Below, piece after piece: positions 30,143 to 40,124 of a DNA stretch of 64,000 nt. Position numbers and translations under genes: made by a program. This stretch comes from an uncultured Fidelibacterota bacterium (GTDB lineage Bacteria; Fidelibacterota; Marinisomatia; Marinisomatales; UBA1611). The stretch lies in the NCBI GenBank assembly GCA_913043235.1, contig CAJWLO010000002.1, forward strand, positions 11,055 through 75,054, given 5' to 3'. A model generated the notes under the pieces. That model worked only from the letters and a program-made list of their open reading frames with translations. It was not told the DNA's origin and made no database searches. Position 1 is the first letter of the stretch; the number at the start of each line of letters is the position of its first letter.

Positions 30143-31102
30143 ATGAAATTTAACTGGATCAGAAGAGCTGCAGAACTCGAGAAAGCAGGAACACCATTTG
30201 CCATCGCGACGGTAATTGATACAATAGCTCCAACTTCTGCCAAACCAATGGCCAAGGCTATAATTACGTCAGATGGTAAAATGGAAGGTTGGATCGGCGG
30301 TGGTTGCTCGCAGAATACAGTTATAGAAGAAGGATTAAAATGTATTCGTGATGGGATGGCTTCTATTATCCGCCTCAGCCCAGAGAAAAGTAACAATGGT
30401 AATGTAACCTATAAAAAAGCAATATTTTTAACCTGTGAAAGTGGAGGTACACTTGAATTTCATATTGAACCGGTATTACCAATGACTAAATTAGTTATTT
30501 ATGGCAATACGCCTACAGTGTCAGCTCTTGCAAAAATGGGGCTGTTTCTTGAATTTGATGTAATTGTGCTATCTCCTGATTTATCTGATATTGACCTAGA
30601 TCAGAAGGTTACTAAAATAACTGAATTCTCTAGCGTAGAAGGCCCCTGTATGGCAGTGGTGGCAACTCAGGGGAATGGTGATCTGCGTGCATTGAATGCG
30701 GCTATAGCTTCGAAACCGGAATTTTTATCTCTTATAGCCAGCAAAAAGAAAACCAAAAGCCTTTTAGAACGTTTGGAAAGGCGAAATATTCAGCCTGAAC
30801 AGATTGAAAGGATCAAGTTTCCTGCAGGCTTAGATATCGGTGCGGTAACACCTGAAGAAATTGCTGTTTCAATCATGGCAGAATTGGTGCAAAATCGAAG
30901 AGAAATCACCAGAAAAGATGAAATTATTATCGAAACTGTGAACCACGATTCGGGAAAAGAAAAGGATCCTATATGTGGTATGTTTGTGGATCCGGCCACG
31001 GCAGATTGTTTTTTGGTTTATGAAGATGTAACATATTATTTTTGTTGCGGAGGGTGCAAAGACAGATTTAAAGCTGAGCCCAATTCCTACATTCAGATAT
31101 AA
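30143..31102 (+). CDS. coxF: XdhC/CoxF-family maturation factor with C-terminal YHS domain
   Basis: 'GWIGGGC', 'CESGG', 'PAGLDIGAVTPEEIAVSI', then 'DPICGM...YYFCCGGCKDRF'. Confidence 0.85.
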   Translation: MKFNWIRRAAELEKAGTPFAIATVIDTIAPTSAKPMAKAIITSDGKMEGWIGGGCSQNTVIEEGLKCIRDGMASIIRLSPEKSNNGNVTYKKAIFLTCESGGTLEFHIEPVLPMTKLVIYGNTPTVSALAKMGLFLEFDVIVLSPDLSDIDLDQKVTKITEFSSVEGPCMAVVATQGNGDLRALNAAIASKPEFLSLIASKKKTKSLLERLERRNIQPEQIERIKFPAGLDIGAVTPEEIAVSIMAELVQNRREITRKDEIIIETVNHDSGKEKDPICGMFVDPATADCFLVYEDVTYYFCCGGCKDRFKAEPNSYIQI

Positions 31103-31156
31103 ATTAACTAAAGCCCAAAGGGCGTAAAGCAGTTAATTTTAGTTACTTTTAAGAAT

Positions 31157-32077
31157 ATGAAACTGACTTCATTCAATGCGGTAGAAGACATCCAGACAAC
31201 TCTGGATGATCATAATTATATTACCCATCGTTCTCTTGCAACATCTATATATTTATCCTTGAAAATGGGTATGCCCATTTTCTTGGAAGGTGAACCAGGG
31301 GTAGGCAAAACAGAAGTGGCCAAGGTGTTATCTCGTATTCTGGATACAGAACTCATTCGTTTGCAATGCTATGAAGGTTTGGATGTGCATAATGCCATCT
31401 ATGAATGGAATTACTCGAAGCAGATCCTCCAGATTCGTTTGTTGGAAGCTGGAGGAGAATCAGATAATGAGAAAATGGCAAAGGAAATATTTGGTCAGGA
31501 TTTTTTGATCAAACGACCCCTTTATCAGGCCCTGGAACATAAGGGGGATGCTCCTGCCGTATTGCTCATTGATGAGTTAGATCGGGCTGATGAGGAGTTT
31601 GAAGCCTATTTGTTGGAAGTTCTCTCTGATTTTCAAATATCAATTCCAGAAATTGGCACCATTAAGTCAGATAATCCACCGGTTGTAGTGATCACATCCA
31701 ATCGTACCCGTGAAATTCATGATGCATTAAAAAGACGCTGTCTTTACCATTGGATTGATTATCCGACTGCGGAGCAGGAGTTTGAGATCATAAAAAGAAA
31801 AATTCCAACAGTGAATGTAATTCTAGGCAAGCAGGTAGTTGCTTTTGTTCAGGCCATACGTGAAAAAGATTTTTATAAGTTGCCAGGGATTGCAGAGACA
31901 TTGGACTGGGCAAATGCGCTCATCAAGCTAGGTACTACAGAACTTTCTACTGAAGTCACTTCTGATACATTAGGAACTCTATTGAAATATCAGGATGATA
32001 TTGAAAAAATGGACGGGAAAACCACTCATGGCCTAATACAGCGTGCTTTTGCAGAAGCAGAACTCATTTCAATGTAA
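31157..32077 (+). CDS. coxD: MoxR-type AAA+ ATPase CoxD
   Basis: 'GEPGVGKT', 'RLQCYEGLD', 'LLIDELDR', 'TSNRTREIHDALKRRC'. Confidence 0.93.
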   Translation: MKLTSFNAVEDIQTTLDDHNYITHRSLATSIYLSLKMGMPIFLEGEPGVGKTEVAKVLSRILDTELIRLQCYEGLDVHNAIYEWNYSKQILQIRLLEAGGESDNEKMAKEIFGQDFLIKRPLYQALEHKGDAPAVLLIDELDRADEEFEAYLLEVLSDFQISIPEIGTIKSDNPPVVVITSNRTREIHDALKRRCLYHWIDYPTAEQEFEIIKRKIPTVNVILGKQVVAFVQAIREKDFYKLPGIAETLDWANALIKLGTTELSTEVTSDTLGTLLKYQDDIEKMDGKTTHGLIQRAFAEAELISM

Positions 32078-32081
32078 ACCA

Positions 32082-33302
32082 TTGCCATTACAACCAACTG
32101 TAACATCTAGACTACATGATGCCATTACTGTATTTGGCCGGTTTCTGCGTCAGGCAGGATGCCCTGTAGGAACTGTAGAAATTATGAACGCTATTGAATC
32201 GAGTTCTTATATAGAACTCGTTAATCGGGAAGATTTTCGCCAAGCAATGAAAGCCTGTTTCATCACAGATTATAAGTTACTGCCCCTGTTTGACAAGTTA
32301 TTTGATCTTTACTGGCGTAATCCAGATCGGATCAAGAATGTCTCTCAAATTCTGCGGAAATTATATGAATCCAGATTAACTCAGACCGACTTAAAAAATA
32401 TGAAGGAACGGGATCAGAAATTGATATATAAAAAGGTTGATGATTCTCAGGAAAGAGATGAGAACTCTGAAAAAGAACAGGAAGATGAGAAAACCTTTGA
32501 TGTTTTTCTATATAGTCCCCAAGAGATATTGCGCTCTAAACGTTTTGATGAATATAGCAATGAAGAGCTTGATCTTGCTCGAGAATTTATTGCTCGATGG
32601 GAATGGCGTTTGGGTGAGAAACGACTACGTCGTCTCGAACCTGGGCGAAAACCACTGCGTTTGAATATTAGGCAGACTATTCGCGAGAATATATTCCCTT
32701 CCCAGGATTTTATAGAATTACATTGGAAGCAGAAAAAAGTTAAGCCTCGCCCCTTGGTTATCATCACTGATATCAGTGGGTCAATGGAGACTTATACCAG
32801 AATCTTACTTCATTTTATGTATACACTAAATACGGCCCATAAGAATTTGGAAGCATTCACGTTCGGTACCCGACTCAACCGTATCACTCATTATTTACGT
32901 AAAAAAGATGTAAATGATGCCTTGGAGCTGGTAAATAAAAGTGTGAAGGATTGGTCAGGCGGAACTAAGATTGGGGAGAACCTAGAAGCTTTCAATCGGA
33001 AATGGACCCGACGAGTGCTAGGTGGAGGTGCAGTAGTGCTTCTCATCAGCGATGGCTGGGATACAGGAAATATAGAATTACTTAGAAAACAAACAGACCG
33101 GTTACGTCGAAGTTGCCATCGCTTAATATGGTTGAATCCAAACCTTGGCTTTAAGGACTTTCAACCATTGACAAAAGGTGTACAGGCAATATTATCTAAT
33201 GTGGATGATTTTCTGCCGATCCATAACCTTAATAGTTTAGTAGATCTTGGCAAAGTCCTCTCAAGGTTTGATAAAAATACCAATCTTAAAGCAATGGCAT
33301 GA
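32082..33302 (+). CDS. coxE: VWA-domain protein CoxE
   Basis: MIDAS 'DISGSM', 'WSGGTKIG', 'SDGWD', 'WLNP'. Start uncertain (TTG 32082 or GTG 32043). Confidence 0.9.
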   Translation: MPLQPTVTSRLHDAITVFGRFLRQAGCPVGTVEIMNAIESSSYIELVNREDFRQAMKACFITDYKLLPLFDKLFDLYWRNPDRIKNVSQILRKLYESRLTQTDLKNMKERDQKLIYKKVDDSQERDENSEKEQEDEKTFDVFLYSPQEILRSKRFDEYSNEELDLAREFIARWEWRLGEKRLRRLEPGRKPLRLNIRQTIRENIFPSQDFIELHWKQKKVKPRPLVIITDISGSMETYTRILLHFMYTLNTAHKNLEAFTFGTRLNRITHYLRKKDVNDALELVNKSVKDWSGGTKIGENLEAFNRKWTRRVLGGGAVVLLISDGWDTGNIELLRKQTDRLRRSCHRLIWLNPNLGFKDFQPLTKGVQAILSNVDDFLPIHNLNSLVDLGKVLSRFDKNTNLKAMA

Positions 33303-33895
33303 AAATTTCTGCTATTATACTTGCTGCGGGTGGATCTACTCGGATGGCTGGAAAAAATAAACTGTTGCTTCCATACAATAACAAATCAATAATTAATCAT
33401 GTATGTAGAACGGTTCTGAATACCGTTTTAAGTCCCGTGATTGTGGTGACTGGCTTTGAGAATAGTCTAGTAGAGGAAGAACTGCCCAGGGAGATTGATA
33501 TTATTGTCAATAATAATGATTGGAAACGGGGCATGGCCAGTTCAATCTATCAGGGAATATCTGCCCTTTCGCGAGATATTCAGGGAAGTATGATTGTGCT
33601 TGGAGACATGCCTCTTATTACAAAACTGACATTGGATCTGCTTGTTGGTGAATTCAAAAATCACGAGGGTGGAAAAATTGTATACCCACTTTACGATCAC
33701 TCCCAGGCAAACCCAGTAATTTTCCCTAAAAAATATTTTCAAGAGATTCTTAGTAGTAATGGCGATAGAGGCTGTAAAAAAGTACTGAAAAAATACCCCG
33801 ATGATGCAATTGGTATACCTATCGAATCCGATGAGGTCGTTCTTGATTGCGATACACAGGATGATTATTTTCTTATCAAAAGCGAAAAGTCTTAA
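33299..33895 (+). CDS. mocA: Molybdenum cofactor cytidylyltransferase
   Basis: 'ILAAGGSTRM..NKLLL', 'GMASSI..G', 'LGDMP', 'NPVIF', 'GDRG', 'DCDT'. Confidence 0.88.
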   Translation: MKISAIILAAGGSTRMAGKNKLLLPYNNKSIINHVCRTVLNTVLSPVIVVTGFENSLVEEELPREIDIIVNNNDWKRGMASSIYQGISALSRDIQGSMIVLGDMPLITKLTLDLLVGEFKNHEGGKIVYPLYDHSQANPVIFPKKYFQEILSSNGDRGCKKVLKKYPDDAIGIPIESDEVVLDCDTQDDYFLIKSEKS

Positions 33896-33896
33896 A

Positions 33897-34715
33897 ATGT
33901 CTAAACATAAAGATCTCATCCATAAAATGAATAATTTGGAAATAGAAGAAACTCCCTATGCAATCGCCACTGTTTTCAGTGTTACTGGTTCTTCATCTGG
34001 AAAAGTAGGTGACAAGGCTTTGTTTGATGAAAACGGAAAACGCATCCTAGGGTATATTGGTGGTGGATGTATCGAAAATCGTGTTGCTGCCACAGCAAAG
34101 GAAACATTAATAAATGGTTTGCCAAAAACAGTAGAGATCGACCTAGATAGTGATGAAATAGGCATGGGCATTCCGTGTGGAGGATATATGTCAGTAATTG
34201 TAGAGCCACAATTGGTCAATTCGACTCTGTTAATCCGGGGTATGGGCCGACTGGTAGAAATTATATGTCAAATGGCTAGTCTTTTGAAGTTAAAGGTTAT
34301 TGTACAAACGTCAGAACAAGAAAAAGATCGTTATCCTGGGGCAGATGAGATAATCACTGAATCCTTGGAAATGGAAGATATTAATTTTTCAGTAGACTAT
34401 TTTATTCTGGCCACACATCATCGTGATGATGATAGAGTGACTCTTGAAGCATTGAAGAAAGGCATCCCTTATGTAGGGGTTGTAGCGAGTGCTAAGAAAA
34501 CAGGAATTATATTGGAATATCTCCATGAAAATGGAATTACAGATGAAGAACTGGAGCATTTTTTTTCTCCTACAGGTCTGGAACTGCTGGCCAACACTCC
34601 GGAAGAGATTGCACTCAGTATCCTGTCCGAAATGGTTATGCTGGCCAATGGAGGTACGGGTAAGCATAAACGGGTAATGAACCTTGATAATTATAAGTTG
34701 AAAGACAAATCCTAA
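33897..34715 (+). CDS. xdhC: XdhC/CoxI-family molybdoenzyme maturation factor
   Basis: 'GYIGGGCIE', 'GIPCGG', 'PTGL..ANTPEEIALSI'. Confidence 0.85.
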   Translation: MSKHKDLIHKMNNLEIEETPYAIATVFSVTGSSSGKVGDKALFDENGKRILGYIGGGCIENRVAATAKETLINGLPKTVEIDLDSDEIGMGIPCGGYMSVIVEPQLVNSTLLIRGMGRLVEIICQMASLLKLKVIVQTSEQEKDRYPGADEIITESLEMEDINFSVDYFILATHHRDDDRVTLEALKKGIPYVGVVASAKKTGIILEYLHENGITDEELEHFFSPTGLELLANTPEEIALSILSEMVMLANGGTGKHKRVMNLDNYKLKDKS

Positions 34716-34766
34716 GTATTGGTCTTGTATTCCATTGATTTTTTATAAGCATAGGAATATCTTTTT

Positions 34767-35957
34767 ATGAATAGACCCATTTACCTGGATAATCAAGCTA
34801 CCACACCCCCAGATCCAGAAGTCGTTAAAGCCATGTTGCCGTATTTCCAAGAGAAATTCGGGAATGCAGCCAGTGTGCACCATTCCTATGGACAGGAAGG
34901 GAAGGAAGCTGTGGAACAGGGTCGCAGAGTTATGGCTGAAAGTATTCAGGGCAGTCCCAGAGAAATTATTTTTACCAGTGGCGCTACCGAAGCTATTAAT
35001 CTTGCACTTAAAGGTGTTGCTGAAAAATATATTGATCGAGGACAGCATATTATTACCCAAGTAACTGAGCATAAAGCTGTATTAGATACCTGTAATTATC
35101 TTGTTCGTAAGGGCTGGAAGGTAACCACATTGCCCGTGGACTCTAAGGGAATGGTCAACCCAAGCCATGTAACAAATGCCATAACTAGGGAGACTGTCCT
35201 GGTTGCCATAATGCATGCCAACAATGAGATCGGAACCATCCAACCGGTGCAAGAGATTGGCACTATTTGTCGACAGAAAAATATATTATTTATGGTGGAC
35301 GCCTGCCAGTCGTTTGGGAAACTGGATTTAAATGTAAAATCAATGAATATTAATTTATTAGCAGCCACGGCGCATAAGTTGTATGGCCCAAAAGGGATCG
35401 GATTTCTATTCGTGAGCCAGAAAGACCCTAAGGTGGAATTGCAGATACAGATGGAAGGAGGTGGGCATGAGCGAGGTTTTCGGTCTGGAACCCTGGCTGT
35501 ACCCTTGATAGTTGGTTTTGCACGGGCAGTGGAACTCAGTTTGGAGTGTATAAATAAGGAAAACCTACGTCTTGGTGAGCTCCGGGACCAATTGTATTCT
35601 GGAATCAGGGTTATTCATCCTGAAGTGATCTTGAATGGTAGCCGCGATAAACGTTTAGCTCATAATCTAAGTCTCTGTTTTCCAGGATTGGATGGAGAAA
35701 CAATGATTATGAAAATGAAAGGTATCGCTTGTTCCACAGGCTCGGCCTGTAGTAGTGCTAGTCTTGAGCCTTCCCACGTGATAAAAGCACTGGGACGGGA
35801 TACGGAGTTGGCTCATTCCGCCATCCGTTTCAGCCTGGGGCGTTTCAATACTACAGCAGAAATTGATACCGCTATTTCAGTAATAAACCGGGTTGTAAGA
35901 GATCTAAAGGAAAAGAAATTGCACCGCCGCAGAATACACGCAGATGGCTTTGAGTAA
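34767..35957 (+). CDS. iscS: PLP-dependent cysteine desulfurase (IscS/NifS group I)
   Basis: 'YLDNQATT', 'TSGATE', 'AHKLYGPKG', 'STGSACSS'. Confidence 0.93.
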   Translation: MNRPIYLDNQATTPPDPEVVKAMLPYFQEKFGNAASVHHSYGQEGKEAVEQGRRVMAESIQGSPREIIFTSGATEAINLALKGVAEKYIDRGQHIITQVTEHKAVLDTCNYLVRKGWKVTTLPVDSKGMVNPSHVTNAITRETVLVAIMHANNEIGTIQPVQEIGTICRQKNILFMVDACQSFGKLDLNVKSMNINLLAATAHKLYGPKGIGFLFVSQKDPKVELQIQMEGGGHERGFRSGTLAVPLIVGFARAVELSLECINKENLRLGELRDQLYSGIRVIHPEVILNGSRDKRLAHNLSLCFPGLDGETMIMKMKGIACSTGSACSSASLEPSHVIKALGRDTELAHSAIRFSLGRFNTTAEIDTAISVINRVVRDLKEKKLHRRRIHADGFE

Positions 35958-36624
35958 AATTTCTGCGTTGCTTCGCCCTGCTCAGAAAATTCCTACGACA
36001 GTTTGGAGCTCAGAAGATCCCAGAAATTTACTGCCAAGGCTGGATACACTATTTTTTCTGATTAGCGGACTGTGGATATTTGGAACCGGTGAAGCATTAA
36101 TCATTAATGCGAGGCTGGGAGTAAGTCCTTGGACTGTTCTTGCCCAGGGCATTGGGTTTCAGTTGGAATGGACAATTGGTTTTGCCACATTTATTGTCAG
36201 TGTAGTAGTGTTGATTATGTGGATTCCGCTTAAGGAAACACCGGGGCTGGGTACGTTGTTGAATGCGGTGTTGATCGCCGTAGCAATTAATATAATGATG
36301 CCCTTGCTCCCTCAACCATCTTCCTGGCCCATCGCCGCAACCCAGGCTATGCTCGGGGTCTTGGTGGTAGGGATAGGCAGTTGTATATACCTCACAGCAA
36401 ATCTAGGACCGGGGCCGCGAGACGGATGGATGACGAGTATCCAGCGTAGGACGGGATGGCCGATTGGCCGAGTGCGAACTGGAATAGAAGTTAGCGTTTT
36501 GCTTGCTGGCTGGTTACTAGGCGGAACCATAGGCTTGGGTACCTTGTTCTTTGCTTTGGGTGTAGGCCCTGCACTTGCAGGCTGCCTCACATTGGCTGGT
36601 TTCTGGGACGTATCCGAAAGATGA
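35944..36624 (+). CDS. YczE/YitT-family membrane protein
   Basis: 'LGVSPWTVL.QG', 'PGLGT', 'LGPGPRDG', 'GGTIGLGT'. Confidence 0.85.
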   Translation: MALSKISALLRPAQKIPTTVWSSEDPRNLLPRLDTLFFLISGLWIFGTGEALIINARLGVSPWTVLAQGIGFQLEWTIGFATFIVSVVVLIMWIPLKETPGLGTLLNAVLIAVAINIMMPLLPQPSSWPIAATQAMLGVLVVGIGSCIYLTANLGPGPRDGWMTSIQRRTGWPIGRVRTGIEVSVLLAGWLLGGTIGLGTLFFALGVGPALAGCLTLAGFWDVSER

Positions 36625-36744
36625 TGGACCAAGTCAATGGAATTACCTGCCAGTATGCCCTTTAGTATGAGAACCAGAATTATGGTTGTGTCTCGGAAAT
36701 ATGAAGAGTATTTTTATGTAAAATGGGTTAGCCTAAATTAGTCA

Positions 36745-37989
36745 ATGACAAAACCAATAATCACCAATGATGCTGTCGTTTTGGGTATCCTACTTGGCAT
36801 TCTTGCTTTTGTTTTTCGAACTGCAAAAAGTAATAATCCATTCTGGAAAAAATTCTATACTTATGTGCCTAACTTGCTGCTGTGTTATTTTATCCCTTCT
36901 ATATTCAATTCATTGGGAATCATTTCCGGTGAAAAATCTAAACTGTATTTTGTTGCTTCTAGGTATCTGTTACCTGCCAGCTTGGTACTACTAACCATTA
37001 GCATTGACCTTAAGGAAATTATGAAACTGGGGCACAAGGCTTTGGTCATGTTCTTGACTGCTACGGCAGGTATTGTTCTTGGTGGACCCCTAGCCATTCT
37101 TATTACGGCATTTTTTGCACCGGAACTGGTGGGAGGTGCCGGCCCTGATGCGGTATGGCGTGGGTTTACCACGGTGGCTGGCAGTTGGATCGGTGGTGGG
37201 GCTAATCAGGCAGCGATGAAAGAAATATTTGCCGTTAGTGATCATCTGTTCTCTGCCATGATAACCGTAGATGTGATTGTAGCAAATATTTGGATGGCTT
37301 TTCTGCTGTATGGTTCCGGAATAGGTCAGAAGCTGGATCGTTGGTTAAAAGCCGATACTGGTGCCATAGCCGAACTGAAGCGAAATATGGAAGAATATCG
37401 GTCCCAGATCATGCGCATACCAGATTTGACCGATACCATCACTGTTATGACAGTAGCATTCGGCATCACGGCTGTAGCTCATTTTATGTCAGACAGGATT
37501 GTGCCTTGGATTGGAAGCTATGCTCCAGGCCTGTCAAAATTCAGCCTCACATCAGAATTTTTCTGGCTTGTTGTATTGGCTACCTCCTTGGCTTTGGCAC
37601 TGTCTTTTACTCCGATCCGAAGGTTGGAAGGAATAGGAGCATCCCGTTACGGGAGTTTGTTTTTGTACATTTTAGTAGCCACCATCGGTATGAAAATGGA
37701 TATTCTGGCTATCTTTGAAAGTCCTGCTCTTTTTCTGGTAGGTATCCTCTGGATGGGTTTCCACGCCGGGCTGTTGCTGCTGGTGGCGAAATTGATACGA
37801 GCACCTTTCTTTTTTCTGGCTGTGGGTAGCCAGGCCAATGTAGGTGGCGCAGCTTCAGCACCCATTGTGGCTTCTGCCTTTCATCCATCTTTGGCGCCAG
37901 TGGGTGTGCTTCTGGCAGTTTTGGGCTATGCTGTAGGTACCTATGGAGCCTGGATCTGTGGTATAATGATGCAGTTTGCTTCCCCGTGA
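36745..37989 (+). CDS. DUF819-family membrane transporter
   Basis: 'AGSWIGGGANQAAMKE', 'SQANVGGAASAP'. Confidence 0.88.
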   Translation: MTKPIITNDAVVLGILLGILAFVFRTAKSNNPFWKKFYTYVPNLLLCYFIPSIFNSLGIISGEKSKLYFVASRYLLPASLVLLTISIDLKEIMKLGHKALVMFLTATAGIVLGGPLAILITAFFAPELVGGAGPDAVWRGFTTVAGSWIGGGANQAAMKEIFAVSDHLFSAMITVDVIVANIWMAFLLYGSGIGQKLDRWLKADTGAIAELKRNMEEYRSQIMRIPDLTDTITVMTVAFGITAVAHFMSDRIVPWIGSYAPGLSKFSLTSEFFWLVVLATSLALALSFTPIRRLEGIGASRYGSLFLYILVATIGMKMDILAIFESPALFLVGILWMGFHAGLLLLVAKLIRAPFFFLAVGSQANVGGAASAPIVASAFHPSLAPVGVLLAVLGYAVGTYGAWICGIMMQFASP

Positions 37990-38237
37990 TTGTTTTTCCA
38001 CTGGTTTCCTGTATCGGGTGACACTATCCAATAAAATTATCGCCAACATGAGAAGCGACTTATTATAACTTATTTTCTTCCTTCTTTATTATTTTGTTCT
38101 AAAAGTGATATGATGAAAAATATCTAGGTAGTAATCTTTTAATTATTGATTATAAATCTTTGGAAGTTTGGACGGTATCCTGAATTTCCGCGTCTATTTT
38201 TCTACCTGATATCTATATTTGAGATTATAAACAAACT

Positions 38238-40064
38238 ATGAGAAAAAATAAATTTAGAAATATCGCCATTATTGCTCACGTCGATCATGGAAAAACTACC
38301 TTGGTAAATGAACTGTTAAAGCAAAGCGGTACTTTTCATAGTCACCAAGAAATTAAAGACCGGGTTATGGATTCTTTGGATCTGGAACAAGAGAGAGGTA
38401 TCACAATTATGGCAAAGAATACTGCAGTTTATTACAATGAAGTGAAAATCAATATTATGGATACACCAGGACACGCTGATTTTGGAGGTGAAGTGGAAAG
38501 AAGTTTGAATCTGGTAGATGGCGCTTTACTACTGGTGGATGCGAGTGAGGGTCCTTTACCTCAGACTAGATTCGTTTTGAAAAAAGCATTGGAGAAAAAG
38601 CTGCCCGTTATCTTGGTAATCAATAAAATTGACCGGCCAGATGCGCGTATTCAAGAAGTAATTGATGAAGTGTATGATTTGTTTATTGACCTGGATGCTA
38701 CGGAAGAACAAATAGAATTCCCAATTTTGTATACAAATGCAAAAATAGGTTTAGCAAAAACGAAATTGAATGATAATTCTGCGAACTTGCATCCACTATT
38801 TGATGCCATATTAACCAAAGTACCGGGTCCTGTGGCGGATGACAAACATATTCCGCAATTTTTAGTAACCAATTTGGATTATGACCCTTACTTGGGGCAA
38901 GTTGCTATCGGCAGGTTAAATAATGGAATTATCGGGGTAAATAAGCAATATAGTCTTTGTACTGCTAATGGAATTAAACATGGTATTAAACTTTCAGCTT
39001 GCTATACTTTTAAAGGACTCAAAAAAATTCACGCTGACATGTTAGAAGCGGGGGATATTATTGCTGTCACCGGTGTGGATGGTATTGCCATTGGGGATAC
39101 TATCTCAGATAATAATGCTCCAGAACCTTTGCCTAGAATCATTATTGATGAACCGACAGTTTCCATGCTATTTTATGTGAATGATAGTCCATTTGCAGGT
39201 AAAGATGGGAAATATCTTACCTCTAGGCATCTCAGTGAGCGTTTAAAAAAAGAGATACTTGGTAATGTTTCTCTGAACTTTATGGAAACCGATAGGACAG
39301 ATGTATTTGAAGTGCAAGGTCGAGGTGAGCTTCAAATGGCGGTTCTGATAGAAACGATGCGCCGTGAGGGGTACGAATTTATGGTATCTAAACCACGTGT
39401 TATTACCCAGGAAATAGATGGGAAAATATTGGAACCTATGGAACAGGTTTTTCTGGATATTCCAGAAGAGAAAGTAGGTATTGTAACTGAAAAATTATCA
39501 ATCCGAAAAGGAAGAATGACCAATCTGCAGAATCATGGTCACGGCCGTGTAGCTATGGAATTTACTATTCCATCCAGGGGGTTGATTGGTTTTCGAAGCC
39601 AATTTTTAACGGATACTCAAGGTGCAGGGATAATGAATAAGCTAATGGATGGATTCGCTCCATGGTTTGGGCCCATACCACAGCGAACAAGTGGTGCATT
39701 GGTTTCAGATAGAAAAGGCTTAGTAACGACTTATGCTTGCCTGGGTATGGTAGATCGTGGTGAGTTATTTGTAGAAGTAGGGACAGAAGTATTTGATGGT
39801 ATGATTATAGGGGAAAGAAATCGCTCTAAAGATTTAATGATAAATATTACACGCGAAAAAAAATTGACCAATATGAGAAGTGCAAATTCGGAAATGACAG
39901 TCACATTACGTCCGCCAAAACGGTTATCTCTTGATCAAGCAATTGAGTTTATTGCTGAAGATGAGCTCGTTGAAATTACACCGGCAACTATACGATTGCG
40001 AAAAATGGAACTGGATGTAAACAAAAGGCTAGCGCAACAGAAAAAAGAAAAATATTCCACCTAA
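38238..40064 (+). CDS. typA: Translational GTPase TypA/BipA
   Basis: '[14 protein letters not shown]', '[14 protein letters not shown]', 'GRGEL', 'KKLTNMRS'. Confidence 0.97.
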   Translation: MRKNKFRNIAIIAHVDHGKTTLVNELLKQSGTFHSHQEIKDRVMDSLDLEQERGITIMAKNTAVYYNEVKINIMDTPGHADFGGEVERSLNLVDGALLLVDASEGPLPQTRFVLKKALEKKLPVILVINKIDRPDARIQEVIDEVYDLFIDLDATEEQIEFPILYTNAKIGLAKTKLNDNSANLHPLFDAILTKVPGPVADDKHIPQFLVTNLDYDPYLGQVAIGRLNNGIIGVNKQYSLCTANGIKHGIKLSACYTFKGLKKIHADMLEAGDIIAVTGVDGIAIGDTISDNNAPEPLPRIIIDEPTVSMLFYVNDSPFAGKDGKYLTSRHLSERLKKEILGNVSLNFMETDRTDVFEVQGRGELQMAVLIETMRREGYEFMVSKPRVITQEIDGKILEPMEQVFLDIPEEKVGIVTEKLSIRKGRMTNLQNHGHGRVAMEFTIPSRGLIGFRSQFLTDTQGAGIMNKLMDGFAPWFGPIPQRTSGALVSDRKGLVTTYACLGMVDRGELFVEVGTEVFDGMIIGERNRSKDLMINITREKKLTNMRSANSEMTVTLRPPKRLSLDQAIEFIAEDELVEITPATIRLRKMELDVNKRLAQQKKEKYST

Positions 40065-40124
40065 TCAGATTGTTTTAATAGTTAGAGATTTTGAATTGAT
40101 CCTATTCTCATTCTAACTTAAGCC

